From NCBI GenBank assembly GCA_965215565.1, contig CBDCDZ010000004.1, positions 352,001 to 416,000 of the forward strand: DNA of 64,000 nt, given 5' to 3'. The notes below the pieces were generated by a model. It saw nothing but the letters and a program-made list of their open reading frames with translations, ran no database searches and was not told the origin of the DNA. Source of the DNA: Trueperaceae bacterium (GTDB lineage Bacteria > Deinococcota > Deinococci > Deinococcales > Trueperaceae). Positions 40,419-50,419 of this stretch are shown in pieces. Position 1 is the first letter of the stretch. Each line of letters opens with the position of its first letter. Made by a program: the position numbers and the translations under genes.

Positions 40419-40863
40419 GGCGCATTACTGGGTCAACACAGTGTCGCGCGATCACGTATGGGCAGGGGTCGAGGGCGGCTTCACCCAAGCGGATCACGGC
40501 AAGCGCACACGCCTCGAGCGTCTAAGAAGAGGGAACATGCTGATTTTCTACTCTCCTAGAACTGCTTTTAGGGGTGGGGAGGTGCTGCAGGCGTTTACCG
40601 CCTTGGGCGAAATCATAGACAACGAGCCCTATCAAGTCGAGATGACGTCCGACTTTCATCCCTGGCGACGTAAGGTGAGCTTCGAAGGGGTGAAAGAAGC
40701 ACCGGTACGTCCTTTACTAGAAGACCTTACCTTCGTTACTGATAAACGGAAGTGGGGCTTCCCCTTTCGGCGCGGGCTCTTCGAGATCAGCCCGCAGGAC
40801 TTCGAGCGGATCGCTAAGGCGATGGGCGCACAGGTCGAGATGCCAGCACAGCTATTCGGTTGA
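40411..40863 (+). CDS. EVE-domain protein
   Basis: YWVNTVSRDHV..GV.GGF.QA.HGK and FRRGLFEI...DF motifs. Confidence 0.88.
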   Translation: MAEAHYWVNTVSRDHVWAGVEGGFTQADHGKRTRLERLRRGNMLIFYSPRTAFRGGEVLQAFTALGEIIDNEPYQVEMTSDFHPWRRKVSFEGVKEAPVRPLLEDLTFVTDKRKWGFPFRRGLFEISPQDFERIAKAMGAQVEMPAQLFG

Positions 40864-40872
40864 ACTATGGTG

Positions 40873-40906
40873 CTTCTGCGACTAACACGCGCGGTTGACG
40901 CATTGC
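40873..40906. repeat. 34-bp site S7
   Basis: CTTCTGCGACTAAC ACGCGC GGTTGACGCATTGC, 9 bp after the EVE stop. Confidence 0.85.
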
Positions 40907-41204
40907 GCCGTCCCCCGCCAGTTGCACAAAACGCCATCCGCAATAGCTGTCACTTTTTCAGTGTTCGAGGGGCGCAAAGGCGCAGATGAACGCATACTCT
41001 TTTCACTGCACAGCCGAATCAGGCGCTTAGGTTGGCGCGTTTAGCGCCTTTCAGTTCCCCGCCTTCGCTGCGGCGATTTCGACGATGGTGCCGCAGAAAC
41101 ACTACGCTCGCGCCAACGCCATGCGCTCGCTCGCAGGTTCCGCTTCAGGTATCGCCGCCCCTATTCTAGCGGGTGTACTGCTGAGCTTCACGAACCTAAC
41201 GCTT

Positions 41205-41422
41205 ATTGCGTGGTCGAAGTGACCATGCGTGAGGATAATCGCTTCTGGTTTCTTCTCTCCGTAGCGCACTTCAGTCGCCTCGTGGAGATAGCGGCTCGAG
41301 TTAGGCGGCCCCGTGTCGACCAGTACCCAATCCCCTTGCGGCGTATCAATCAGGTAAGCATTGACGAAGACGGTAGGCACGCGCACGACGCCCGGTACGA
41401 CCATTTCTGTTTTGACGTTCAT
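41205..41422 (-). pseudogene. N-terminal fragment of an MBL-fold hydrolase (paralog of 20136-20812)
   Basis: FVNAYL..WVLVDTG...LTHGHFDHA, then homology stops. Confidence 0.85.
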
Positions 41423-41588
41423 AGTTGTTCCTCCTCGAGCTTAGGGTAGCACCTGAACGGGGGCTCTGGACCTGACGTCCCGGAATAGCCTTGAAGACCG
41501 ACCTAGTCAGAGCAAAAGCTTAGCTTGGTATAGACCGCTCATTTTGCGCCGCTCTTAGTCAAGAGCAGGGGTGGAATCGGGCGGTGGC

Positions 41589-41622
41589 GCTGTGCAGCAG
41601 ACGCGCGCGTCTCTTGCAGAGG
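41589..41622. repeat. 34-bp site S8
   Basis: GCTGTGCAGCAGAC GCGCGC GTCTCTTGCAGAGG. Confidence 0.88.
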
Positions 41623-41873
41623 CAAGAGCTAGCTCTTGCCCTCGGCCTTCGGTATCTTCAGCAACTTCCGATCGCTCTTTTACTTATCTAAACCACCGCT
41701 CTAAGAGCGGCGGTTTCACATGAAGAGAGTGCGGCTAAAGAAGAGACCAGCAGTGTTAAGTACTTCGACTTCAATAATCTAAACTATCTCGAGGAAGTTT
41801 TTGCGCTCAGAACGAACTTCGTTGACATTCTCTAGTTTAGGTTATTTCGACACACCTACTTAGAACAACAGTA

Positions 41874-42920
41874 CTAGGATAGTAACGTGAGCGCCACGTG
41901 CGCCCGCGTGGACAGCCCAAGCTTTTTTAAGGTGTGTTCGGTGTGGCGTCTTGCAGTATTGAAGCTCACACCTAAGTTCTCAGCTATCTGCTTGTCGGTA
42001 AGCCCTTTTGCCAGCAACAGCGCGACCTCAACTTGCCGGGGCGTGAGGGCGTAGCGCGTTTTTAGAGTGCCGGGGTCAGGTAGAGTACCTAGTTGACGCG
42101 ACACGCTGAGCAAGTAGCGAGGCTCTGCGGCTCCACCTTGCAAGGCGATCCTCAGTTCGTAAATGGCTAACCCTGTCGAGACGCGGCGGCGCGGCGTAAG
42201 CGGTTCCTCGCTCAGCGTTTTCACCGAACGCGCCGCCGCAGCCATGACCCGGCCAAAGCCTGTGTCGCTTTCGGCGAGCTGTGCGAATACCTCGTTTCGC
42301 CGCAGCTCTTTACCTTGCGTGTTCAATAGGGCGAGCGGTAAGGGAGCGGCGAGCGGGTCGGGTCCCGCACGCCAAGCGGCGTGCAGGTGCGCCCCTGCCC
42401 CAAACGCCGCCAGCACAAGGTCGATAAGTTGGTACCCCTGCTCGCCGTAAAGCCGAGCTGAGTCTTTTTCAAAGGCGCACAAGATGGATAGCTCCCCGGT
42501 GGGCGTAGCAACCGAGGGTCCTAGCAAGTAATTAAGTCCTGCGGGCACGAATACGTCTTGATAGGTGGGGGAGCGCTCGAGCTTCTCCCTGGCAAACGTG
42601 TCTATGAACACGGTAGGACCTCGCTCCAAGCGTGCCTGTACGAACGCTTGCAAGTGCGGGTCAGAATTGACACTGGGCTCACGTAGCTGCTTATAGCGCC
42701 CTCCTAAAGTGAGTAGCATCTCCTTATCGGTATCGTCGCTACTCAGCGCCGCGTCACCATTGACCTCAAAAAACACGGTGTGGTCCGCGCCCAGCAGGTC
42801 GCGCAGGGCGCGGTTACATGCTAAGTGGTACGACTCAGAATTTGCGAACTCCGGGCGCGACAAGAACACACGCTGCGCCCGGACGACCCGCTCGAGGTCG
42901 GCGCTACTCAGGTAAGGCAT
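41874..42920 (-). CDS. LuxR C-terminal HTH regulator with an N-terminal GAF-like region
   Basis: LTPRQVEV..LLAKG...KQIAENLGVS.NTARRH motif. Confidence 0.9.
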   Translation of the reverse strand: MPYLSSADLERVVRAQRVFLSRPEFANSESYHLACNRALRDLLGADHTVFFEVNGDAALSSDDTDKEMLLTLGGRYKQLREPSVNSDPHLQAFVQARLERGPTVFIDTFAREKLERSPTYQDVFVPAGLNYLLGPSVATPTGELSILCAFEKDSARLYGEQGYQLIDLVLAAFGAGAHLHAAWRAGPDPLAAPLPLALLNTQGKELRRNEVFAQLAESDTGFGRVMAAAARSVKTLSEEPLTPRRRVSTGLAIYELRIALQGGAAEPRYLLSVSRQLGTLPDPGTLKTRYALTPRQVEVALLLAKGLTDKQIAENLGVSFNTARRHTEHTLKKLGLSTRAHVALTLLS

Positions 42921-43139
42921 CTTCTCCCTAACTATCCAAAGATTTACTGTTTAAGTCTTTTTAGTGCAATTGCCCTATTGGTTTCGTAGTCTACCAAGTT
43001 TTAGGGTGGAGAAGTTGCCAAAACGTTTACGTCACCAAGGTAGTCAACGGGGATAGTGGACAGCTCACGCTGCCACCGCGAAGACCGATGGCTTTGGCAA
43101 CGTAACGTCATCTTTAGCGTCGCACTTTAAGGAGGCAGT

Positions 43140-44699
43140 ATGATTTTTTCTAAGCTAGCTCGCGGATACCTTCACACGCTCTGTCTATCTCTACTTTTCC
43201 TAACCGCTTGCAGCTCCGGCAGTCCCGACGAGCCCACGAACACTGCACCTAGCGTGAACGCAGGCGCTGACCAGACGGTGACGGTCGGCGCGATGGTCGA
43301 CCTAGCGGGCAACGCTACCGACGCCGAAGGCGACAATCTCACTTACACCTGGTCCTTCACCGACAAGCCGGACGGCAGCGACGCTGCATTTGACGATGAC
43401 GACAACGCAAACGCCCGCTTCACACCGGACGTTGTGGGGGAGTACGAGGTGAGGCTCAGCGTCTCCGACGGTAACTTGACCGGCAGCGACAGCTTGAGCG
43501 TGACAGCGACCGAAGCGGACGACCCCGGTAATCCCGGCAGCGCGGCCGACGGCTACGAGAATGCAGCTACCACGCTCACCAGCACGCCCAGCGCAGGCGA
43601 CTTTTTCGGCGACGCCGTAGCTATTTCAGGCGACACCGCGCTAGTCGGCGCACCTAGGGAGGAAAGCGTCGGGTTTGCCTACTTCTATACGCGCGGCGCG
43701 GACAGTAGCTGGGGACAGCCACAAAGGGTCAGCGCCAGCACCCCCAGCGGTCGCTTCGGCAGCGCTGTTTCCGTCTCCGGTGACACCGCATTCATAGCCG
43801 CACCCTTCAACGTTCCCGGAATTGAGGATGGTGGCTCAGTCTTCGTGTTCGAACGCAGCGGCGGCACCTGGAGCGAAGTCCAGAAACTCAAAGCGTCCGA
43901 CGTGGAAGAGGGCCAGTTCTTCGGCGATAGTGTGGCCGTGTCTGGTGACTATGCGTTTGTCGGTGCGCCCCGCGACGATGGTGCAGAACAAGATGAGGGC
44001 GCGGCTTACGTGTTCGAGCGCAGCGGCGGTAGCTGGGCGCAGGTTCAGAAGCTGACGCTTACAGGCACTGCTTTGTCGTTCGGTCGTGCGGTTGCTGTTT
44101 CGGGTACGCAAGCAGTCGTAAGCACCCAAAGGGAAGATCAGGGCGAGAGTATTCTCGAGGGCACTGCTTATGTCTATGAAAGAACAGACGGTAGCTGGAA
44201 CCAAACCGCTCAACTGATGCCCGCTACTCCAAAGCTGCTAGGGGAGTTTGGCGACTCGGTTGCCATAGACGGAAATACCATCGTCGTCGGTCAAGAAACG
44301 GATACCTCTGGCGCAGACGGTGACGGCGGTGCAGCCTATATATTTGTAAAAACGGCTGACACTTGGTCGCAGTCACAAAAGATTAAAGCGAACGACGCTG
44401 TTGAAGATGCGCAGTTCGGTAGCTCTGTAGCAGTTGCAGGGGACTATATCTTGGTCGGCGCACCCTACAACTCGGTCGCCGATTTTTGGGGTGCGGCTTA
44501 CCTGTTCCAGCGTGACGACTCAGGCTTCGCACAGACCAACAGGTATCAAGCAGTTACACCTGCTGACAACGACGGCTTCGGTTATGCTGTCGCCCTGGAC
44601 GCGGGCGGCGCTCTTATCGGCGCACCTTATAGCGACGACGGCGCAGGCGGCGATAACGCAGGCGCGGCTTACACGGTAGGGCGCAGCGCGGCACCTTGA
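43140..44699 (+). CDS. Lipoprotein with a PKD-like domain and an FG-GAP repeat beta-propeller
   Basis: LTAC lipobox; NAGADQTV..LTYTW; seven FG..VA...VGAP-type repeats. Confidence 0.92.
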   Translation: MIFSKLARGYLHTLCLSLLFLTACSSGSPDEPTNTAPSVNAGADQTVTVGAMVDLAGNATDAEGDNLTYTWSFTDKPDGSDAAFDDDDNANARFTPDVVGEYEVRLSVSDGNLTGSDSLSVTATEADDPGNPGSAADGYENAATTLTSTPSAGDFFGDAVAISGDTALVGAPREESVGFAYFYTRGADSSWGQPQRVSASTPSGRFGSAVSVSGDTAFIAAPFNVPGIEDGGSVFVFERSGGTWSEVQKLKASDVEEGQFFGDSVAVSGDYAFVGAPRDDGAEQDEGAAYVFERSGGSWAQVQKLTLTGTALSFGRAVAVSGTQAVVSTQREDQGESILEGTAYVYERTDGSWNQTAQLMPATPKLLGEFGDSVAIDGNTIVVGQETDTSGADGDGGAAYIFVKTADTWSQSQKIKANDAVEDAQFGSSVAVAGDYILVGAPYNSVADFWGAAYLFQRDDSGFAQTNRYQAVTPADNDGFGYAVALDAGGALIGAPYSDDGAGGDNAGAAYTVGRSAAP

Positions 44700-44953
44700 G
44701 ATCTCTCGCAGATGCTCGAGCCACCCTTCACAGACAAGAGCCGTTGAGACGGAGTCTACGAGGTTAGGTCGCCGAAGCACGTTTGTCCTCAGGTATAAAC
44801 CTTCACTGGGACGCACCAGATTCTTCAGTGCGTCTTCAAATTATCTCTCTCGCTTGTACACTGACGCCAGCACGAGTGCACGGGCGTTAGAGAGTATCCC
44901 GGCAACTCTGTACCACTAAACGGTCTAAATAACATGTAAAGCGCGACAAGGGA

Positions 44954-45355
44954 TTGTCCGGCTTCGCCGTGAGCTATAGGGGTCCGCTGGGCGAGTTGCA
45001 CGACGTTAGCCCAGACGACGCGCGGGTCGGCGCTATAGAGGGATTCTTCGCGTCGTCCCAGAGTTCAGGTGAGCTTGGCCAGCGTGAAGAAGCCGTCCTC
45101 GCCCAGCTGACCAGGCTCTACGGCAGCCCGCCGCATGGCCACCTCGACTACTTCGACTATATGTGGTGGCGGGACGAACGGAGCAGCGCGCCTGCGGACC
45201 GCGCGGCACTTGCCCGACACCCTGTGTACGGTCACGCGGCGTTCCAAAAGTCCTATTGGGGAAACAAACTGCTCTTCGCGGGTGCCGAGACGGGCGTGCA
45301 ACAGGGCGGCGTGCTTTTAACCTGCGACTGCGCGGTCGGACCGGGGCCGATCTGA
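44954..45355 (+). pseudogene. Flavin monoamine oxidase fragment fused to an MBL fragment
   Basis: QLTRLYG, W..E, HP.YG, LFAGAET..GG then VLLTCDCAVGPGP, matching the 32599-33297 protein. Confidence 0.7.
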
Positions 45356-45391
45356 TGTCTGCCACAGAACGCTACGAGCGATACTTGAAGC

Positions 45392-46405
45392 TCAGTTGGA
45401 CGCCGTGGCAACCTCGAGCCACCCCTTCACCTCTTCCAAGGTCGTCTCCATCTTGAACTGCGGCGCAGCCCGCACGATGCCCTGCGGGTCGATAATCAGC
45501 GTGGCGGGTAGGACGCTCACGCCGTAGCGGTCGGTGATGAGCCCGGCGCGGTCTAAGAGGACGCTGGGCGAGGTCTCGAGCTGGTCCGTGAACTGCCGGA
45601 TGACGCCGGGGGCCTCGCGCCAGTTGATGGCGTAGACCTCCACGTCGCCACGCTCGGCGGCGGCGCGTGCGAGCATAGGCAGTTCTAATTGGCAGCTAAA
45701 ACACATCGTCGCCCAGAAGGTCAGCACGACGGTCTGGCCCCGCAGGTCGCTCAGAGTGACGCGCTCTTGGAGGTCTGTACCCATGACTGCTGCTTCGAAG
45801 TCCGGGGCAGGCTTGCCGATGAGGCCGGATAGGTCGCTCGAGGCCGCGATCTGCACCGTGTCCGTCTCGGTGGCGTCAGCTTGGAGCGCAAAGCTATCCA
45901 CAATTTCCGCGACCTCGTGAAGGTGCGCGGGACGGTCGGCAGCGTAGAGAAAGTGGTAGAGCGTGCCTCCAGCGAGAAGTACGGTGAGGCCGGTTTCGGG
46001 TGCGCCGCGGTAGGGGAAGCCGCGAGCGCTCAGTGCCGGGTAGCCGTTCACGGTGTGAGGCTTAATTTGCCCCTCCGCTATCGGCAGGCCGAGACCTTGA
46101 CGCAGCACCTCGTTCGCTTTCCCTTCAGGAGCAGGCGAACTCAGCACCTGTAACACCGGTCCCAGCACCTCGCCTCGCCGCCACGCCTCGAACATCACCT
46201 CGGTCTCGGCGACGTAGAGCTTATCGCCCTCGTCGGGCAAGGGCTGGTCGAAGCGGCGCGAGTCGTACCAACTCGAGGGCAGCGAGAGGAGGTAGTCCGC
46301 TGAGGCGGGCGCGACTACGCGAGTAGGTCCGTGTTCGTCGTGGGCGTGGGCGGTGAAAGCGAAGAAGAAAAGACATAGAATTGGCAAGCATTTCGTGTAC
46401 GTCAT
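45392..46405 (-). CDS. Secreted protein with a C-terminal TlpA/redoxin domain
   Basis: APDF, FWATMCFSCQLELP and LPAT motifs. Confidence 0.88.
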   Translation of the reverse strand: MTYTKCLPILCLFFFAFTAHAHDEHGPTRVVAPASADYLLSLPSSWYDSRRFDQPLPDEGDKLYVAETEVMFEAWRRGEVLGPVLQVLSSPAPEGKANEVLRQGLGLPIAEGQIKPHTVNGYPALSARGFPYRGAPETGLTVLLAGGTLYHFLYAADRPAHLHEVAEIVDSFALQADATETDTVQIAASSDLSGLIGKPAPDFEAAVMGTDLQERVTLSDLRGQTVVLTFWATMCFSCQLELPMLARAAAERGDVEVYAINWREAPGVIRQFTDQLETSPSVLLDRAGLITDRYGVSVLPATLIIDPQGIVRAAPQFKMETTLEEVKGWLEVATASN

Positions 46406-46445
46406 AGGAAATTACCTCGAGATAAACATAGAAGAGATGTGCGGC

Positions 46446-46540
46446 GTAGGGGCGATTCATGAAGCGCCCCTACCGAGCGGTGCGGGCTATATGGGTGAGG
46501 GATTGTGCAGCGCAGGGACTGGTTTGAAATCCGCCCTTAC
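46446..46540. repeat. GTAG-type REP-like pair
   Basis: GTAGGGGCGATTCATGAAGCGCCCCTAC (46446-46473) and a decayed partner (46512-46540). Confidence 0.6.
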
Positions 46541-46553
46541 GACACATGAAAAC

Positions 46554-48281
46554 CTAGCGGCTGGCGCTCGAGTCCGCCCACACATCGAAGACCTTCGTGC
46601 CCACAAACTCCTGACCGTAGGGGTCGGTCGCGCGCACCGTGATGGTGTGGACGCCCGGCTCTAGGTTGTCGGGCAGCGTGGCCGTGTAGATGTGATATGA
46701 CTTGCCCGCCGTCGTCAAGCGCCAGTCCATGTCCTGCGGCTGGAAACTGATGGCTAAGGGGTCGCGCTGGTCCTGGTTCCAGGTCATCTCCATTGTCTCG
46801 CCGCCGATGCTCATCTCGACTTGCGTGTCGCGGCTGCCCGCGTAGACGTTGGCGACGACGGTGACGTTATCTAGCTCGCCCGTCGTGATGATGCCCATGT
46901 CGCTGAGTGTCCCGCCATCTGCGCTGAAGCCGGTTTGCGGAAAGTCGAAGCTGATGTGCATGGCGTCGTCCGAGCCCGAGACCTTCCAATGTTCGCTGAA
47001 CTGGTTGCCCTCCACGTCGAAGACCATATAGCCTTTGGGCGCGCCGCAGCGCTGATAGCTCGTCGGGATGCCGAACTCGTCTTCGGTGCCGCTCCACCAC
47101 GAGCCGCAGACCGCACCCGCCACGAACTGCGGGAAGGGCACGGTGCCCCAACCGAAAGACTCGACCTCTTCGCCGTCGTCGTTCGTCACCATGCCGGGGT
47201 CGTACGTCTCGCCCTCGCGGAAGCGCTCGACGGTGTGGGAGTGCCCAGCCAGCGAAATCACGTTCTCGAAGCCGCCCTCTTCCAAGATGCGGTAGACCTC
47301 TTGGCGGTTCGTCTCCTGGTGCTTTTCGGCGTCGCGGTCCACGTAGTTCGTGAGCGCGATGTGCATCCCTAAGACGATGAGCTTATCGGGGTCCACAAAC
47401 TGAAGGTCGTTGCGGAACCACTCGAGCTGCTCGTCGCTGATGCGCCCGTTATAGGTTCCCTCGAAGCCCTCGTCCACGTTGTAGCGCACGTTATCAAAGA
47501 TGACGAAGTGCGTCTGTCCGTAGTCGAAGGAGTAGTACGGCGCGCCGAAGTAACGCTTGTAGGTTTCCAGGTGATATTGGTCGTCGGGCGAGTCGAAGTT
47601 GAGGTCGTGGTTGCCCGGTAGGTAGAAGATCGGAAACGGCAACCCGCCCATCACCTCTTGGTAGCGCGGGTAGAGGCCTAAGGGGTCGTTGACGAGGTCG
47701 CCCACCGCGACGCCGAAAAGGGCTTCGCTGCTGCCGAGTTCCGCGATGGCCGTGTCGCGCATCCAGGTCAGCTCTTCCTGGGTCGTGACCTGTGTGTCGC
47801 CGAGCACGACGAAGCGGAAGGCGTCAGGCTCGTCCACCTGCACGAGCGGAAAGTCCACGGATTCAGGCAGCGGGCCGGTCGGCTCTAAACCCCGGTACTC
47901 CTGGATGACTTCAGGCGAGCCCTCGGGTTGGTGGATGTGGAAAAACTGCGGGACCTTGTTGTCGTCTACTGGAACCATGTAGCCCTGCGGCTTGCTCACG
48001 GTAACGATCATACGTTCACGCATGGGCAACTCGTACGCGCCATCCTCGCCGGTCTGCACGACCTGGACGCCGTTCGAGACCGACACGCCCAAGACGCCCA
48101 TCTCATCCTTATCGCGCGCGCCGTTCTCGTTGGTGTCCTCGAAGACGACGCCCGCAAAGGTATCGCCGCCCGAGTTCATTGCGCCGCCTGTCACGTTGCC
48201 GCCCGTCACATCACCGCCTGTATCCTGGGCTGACGCGCCCCAGAAGAGCGCTAAACAGATGAGAACCCCTATTCGCCGCAT
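46554..48281 (-). CDS. Secreted calcineurin-like metallophosphoesterase
   Basis: GVVFED.N.NG, VSVSNG; GDTQ, GDLV, GNHD, HI and GHSH motifs; ATG 48281 with GGAGG. Confidence 0.92.
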   Translation of the reverse strand: MRRIGVLICLALFWGASAQDTGGDVTGGNVTGGAMNSGGDTFAGVVFEDTNENGARDKDEMGVLGVSVSNGVQVVQTGEDGAYELPMRERMIVTVSKPQGYMVPVDDNKVPQFFHIHQPEGSPEVIQEYRGLEPTGPLPESVDFPLVQVDEPDAFRFVVLGDTQVTTQEELTWMRDTAIAELGSSEALFGVAVGDLVNDPLGLYPRYQEVMGGLPFPIFYLPGNHDLNFDSPDDQYHLETYKRYFGAPYYSFDYGQTHFVIFDNVRYNVDEGFEGTYNGRISDEQLEWFRNDLQFVDPDKLIVLGMHIALTNYVDRDAEKHQETNRQEVYRILEEGGFENVISLAGHSHTVERFREGETYDPGMVTNDDGEEVESFGWGTVPFPQFVAGAVCGSWWSGTEDEFGIPTSYQRCGAPKGYMVFDVEGNQFSEHWKVSGSDDAMHISFDFPQTGFSADGGTLSDMGIITTGELDNVTVVANVYAGSRDTQVEMSIGGETMEMTWNQDQRDPLAISFQPQDMDWRLTTAGKSYHIYTATLPDNLEPGVHTITVRATDPYGQEFVGTKVFDVWADSSASR

Positions 48282-48822
48282 ATGATGACCTCCGCCGTGC
48301 TGAGTTTGGGTTGGCAGCGGCCTGCTCGAGATACAAGTAGAAGCACGAGACAATGTGAGCCACGCGAAACGGATGTCGGAGCGCGCAGAGGGTGACGTGA
48401 TGTTAGGAGAAGTCGCTGTAACCTGCTGTCAACTTAACGGAGAGGCTTCACAGTTTTGTCAGGTTGTGAGTGAAGAGGGTTAAAACTTTGGTGCAGCGTG
48501 GGCCGCTGAGCTGTGCGAGGGCAACGCTATTTGTTTTGATGAGATTGATCGGTTATTCATCAGGCGACGACCTGGGCAATCTCGAGCATGGAACGACCTC
48601 TTTGCGTCAGCGCTTGCGCGAGGACACTGAAAGCGGTCGCGGCGGCGAATGCGTGACACTTAACAGCAGCGAAGCCCTGGACGCGCACCTTTGCAAGGCC
48701 TAAAATCTCTTTACAGATGCTGAAGACGCGCCCGATGCCGAGCCGTTTCTTGAATAGAGCTTTTATCTCAAGGCGTCGCCTAGTTTGCTGGTTGAGCTGC
48801 CTGTGTGCTGCTTGTGCCTCAC

Positions 48823-50383
48823 GAGCTTATGTCAAATGTTGTGGATGCGAGTTCAAGCGGCACGTTCCTCTTTGATGCCGTCAATGAATCTGACATCGCG
48901 AATCACATCTTTGAGTAGTTCTGAGCCCTTGAGCCTGAGCCACCTCTTTTCGGCTGCCTGAGCGAGTTTGAATACGAGTGAAAGCATCGTATCGCGGGAG
49001 AGGTTGTTGCGCGTCTTAGCAGTTCTGAGCCTCACGGTGGCGAAGGTAGATTCAACGGGATTCGTGGTTCTAATGTGTGACCAGTGGCGGGCAGGGAAGT
49101 CATAGAAGGTGAGTAGCGCATCATGGTCCTTTTTTAGACACTCCGCCGCTTTGGGGTATTTCTCTCCGTAACTCTCGAGAAAGAGGTCGAAGGCCGTTTC
49201 AGCTTCATGTCGGCCGGCTTGCCGCCATATAGATGTTGTGCAGTGCACGCTTGGCTTTAGGCTGCTGACTTGTAGGCAAGGTGTTCAGAACGTTAGCCGT
49301 CTTATGCACCCAGCAACGTTGTGCTTGGGTCGTGCTGTAGACCTGAGCGAGCGCTTTCCAAAAGCCTAATGCACCGAACTAGGCCCAACGGGCCGGGCTT
49401 TGCCCGTTCTATATCCCCTACAGCGAGCTTGGGGTCGACTGTGAGCCCGCGAGCCTTGAGGTCTAACAAGACTTCTTTCCACGACTGCGTGCTCTCGCGG
49501 TAGCCGTCGGCAATAGCTAACAGCTCTTTTCTACCGTCTTCCGTTGCGCCGATGACGACCAGCACGCAATGTTTAGACTTTTCCATACGCATGTGGAAGT
49601 ACACCCCGTCTACCCGCAAGTAGACGTAACGCTGAGCCGACAAATCGCGCTTTCGCCAGCTCTCAAATTCTTGAGACCACACGCTTTTGAGGCGGCTGAC
49701 CGTCGAGGCTGAAAGTCCAGGCGCGTTACCGCCCAAGAGCGCCGAGAGCGCGTCGAAGAGCCATTAGCAGGGCGTAGGACGCCGTTATAACTGATATAGG
49801 TAGCGATTAGAAGATGATACCTCCTGCTGAGGGCTCCTTTTGAAAGTCGCCCGTAGAAACACCCTTGAGGTACAACCAGGGGATCAGTTCTTCTAAGCTG
49901 GCGCTCCGCCGCAGGTACTTGGGCAAGATGCCTGAGTGAAAGCGAATCTTCTCCGCCTTCGTACGGTCACGTACTTTCACCTGCACTGGACCGATGCCCG
50001 TTTGCACCTCCCGCTCGGGTAAGTAGCCATTATGTACCAGCCACAGGTTACGACTGAAAGCCGGACGCCGTTGGCGTTCACCTGTGCACGCCCCGGTTCA
50101 TCACGTAAGTCCTGATGCTGAGCGAGAAAGCTCTCTACCTCCGCTTCGATCGCCTGCGCCAAGAGCTTTCTTGCTCCCTGCCGCAGTACATCTGTGAGGG
50201 GGTCAGCTATCAGAGCTGGATTCTCTAAAGTCATTACGTTATCGTTTGCCAATAGGTTAGAGCACAGCTCAAAGGCTCTTAGCCTTCACCTGTGGCGTAT
50301 CATTCTTTCTTTTCCCACAATGATTTCAATCATCAGCGGTGATACGCCGCTTTACCTCCGTCCACAACTTTCAGCATAATCTC
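48823..50383 (-). mobile_element. IS256-family element, transposase inactivated
   Basis: 25-bp imperfect TIRs GAGCTTATGTCAAATGTTGTGGATG / GAGATTATGCTGAAAGTTGTGGACG; LYLKGVSTGD, VDGVY and RTTNPVES motifs; four small insertions. Confidence 0.93.
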
Positions 50384-50419
50384 CCTGGCGTACTGAACCG
50401 CGCGTCGTCGCGCTAAAGC

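Noticed and set aside
41065..41099. Additional 34-bp site
   Set aside because: Good CTGCGGC/GCCGCAG arms but a 7-bp unrelated core; may be a plain hairpin.
41690..41720. IS200/IS605 end or omega-RNA
   Set aside because: There is a single hairpin (AAACCACCGCTC-TAA-GAGCGGCGGTTT) with no tnpA/tnpB nearby; insufficient evidence.
50385..50418. Additional 34-bp site beside IS256
   Set aside because: The core is out of register (CGCGCG) and the left arm is poor.
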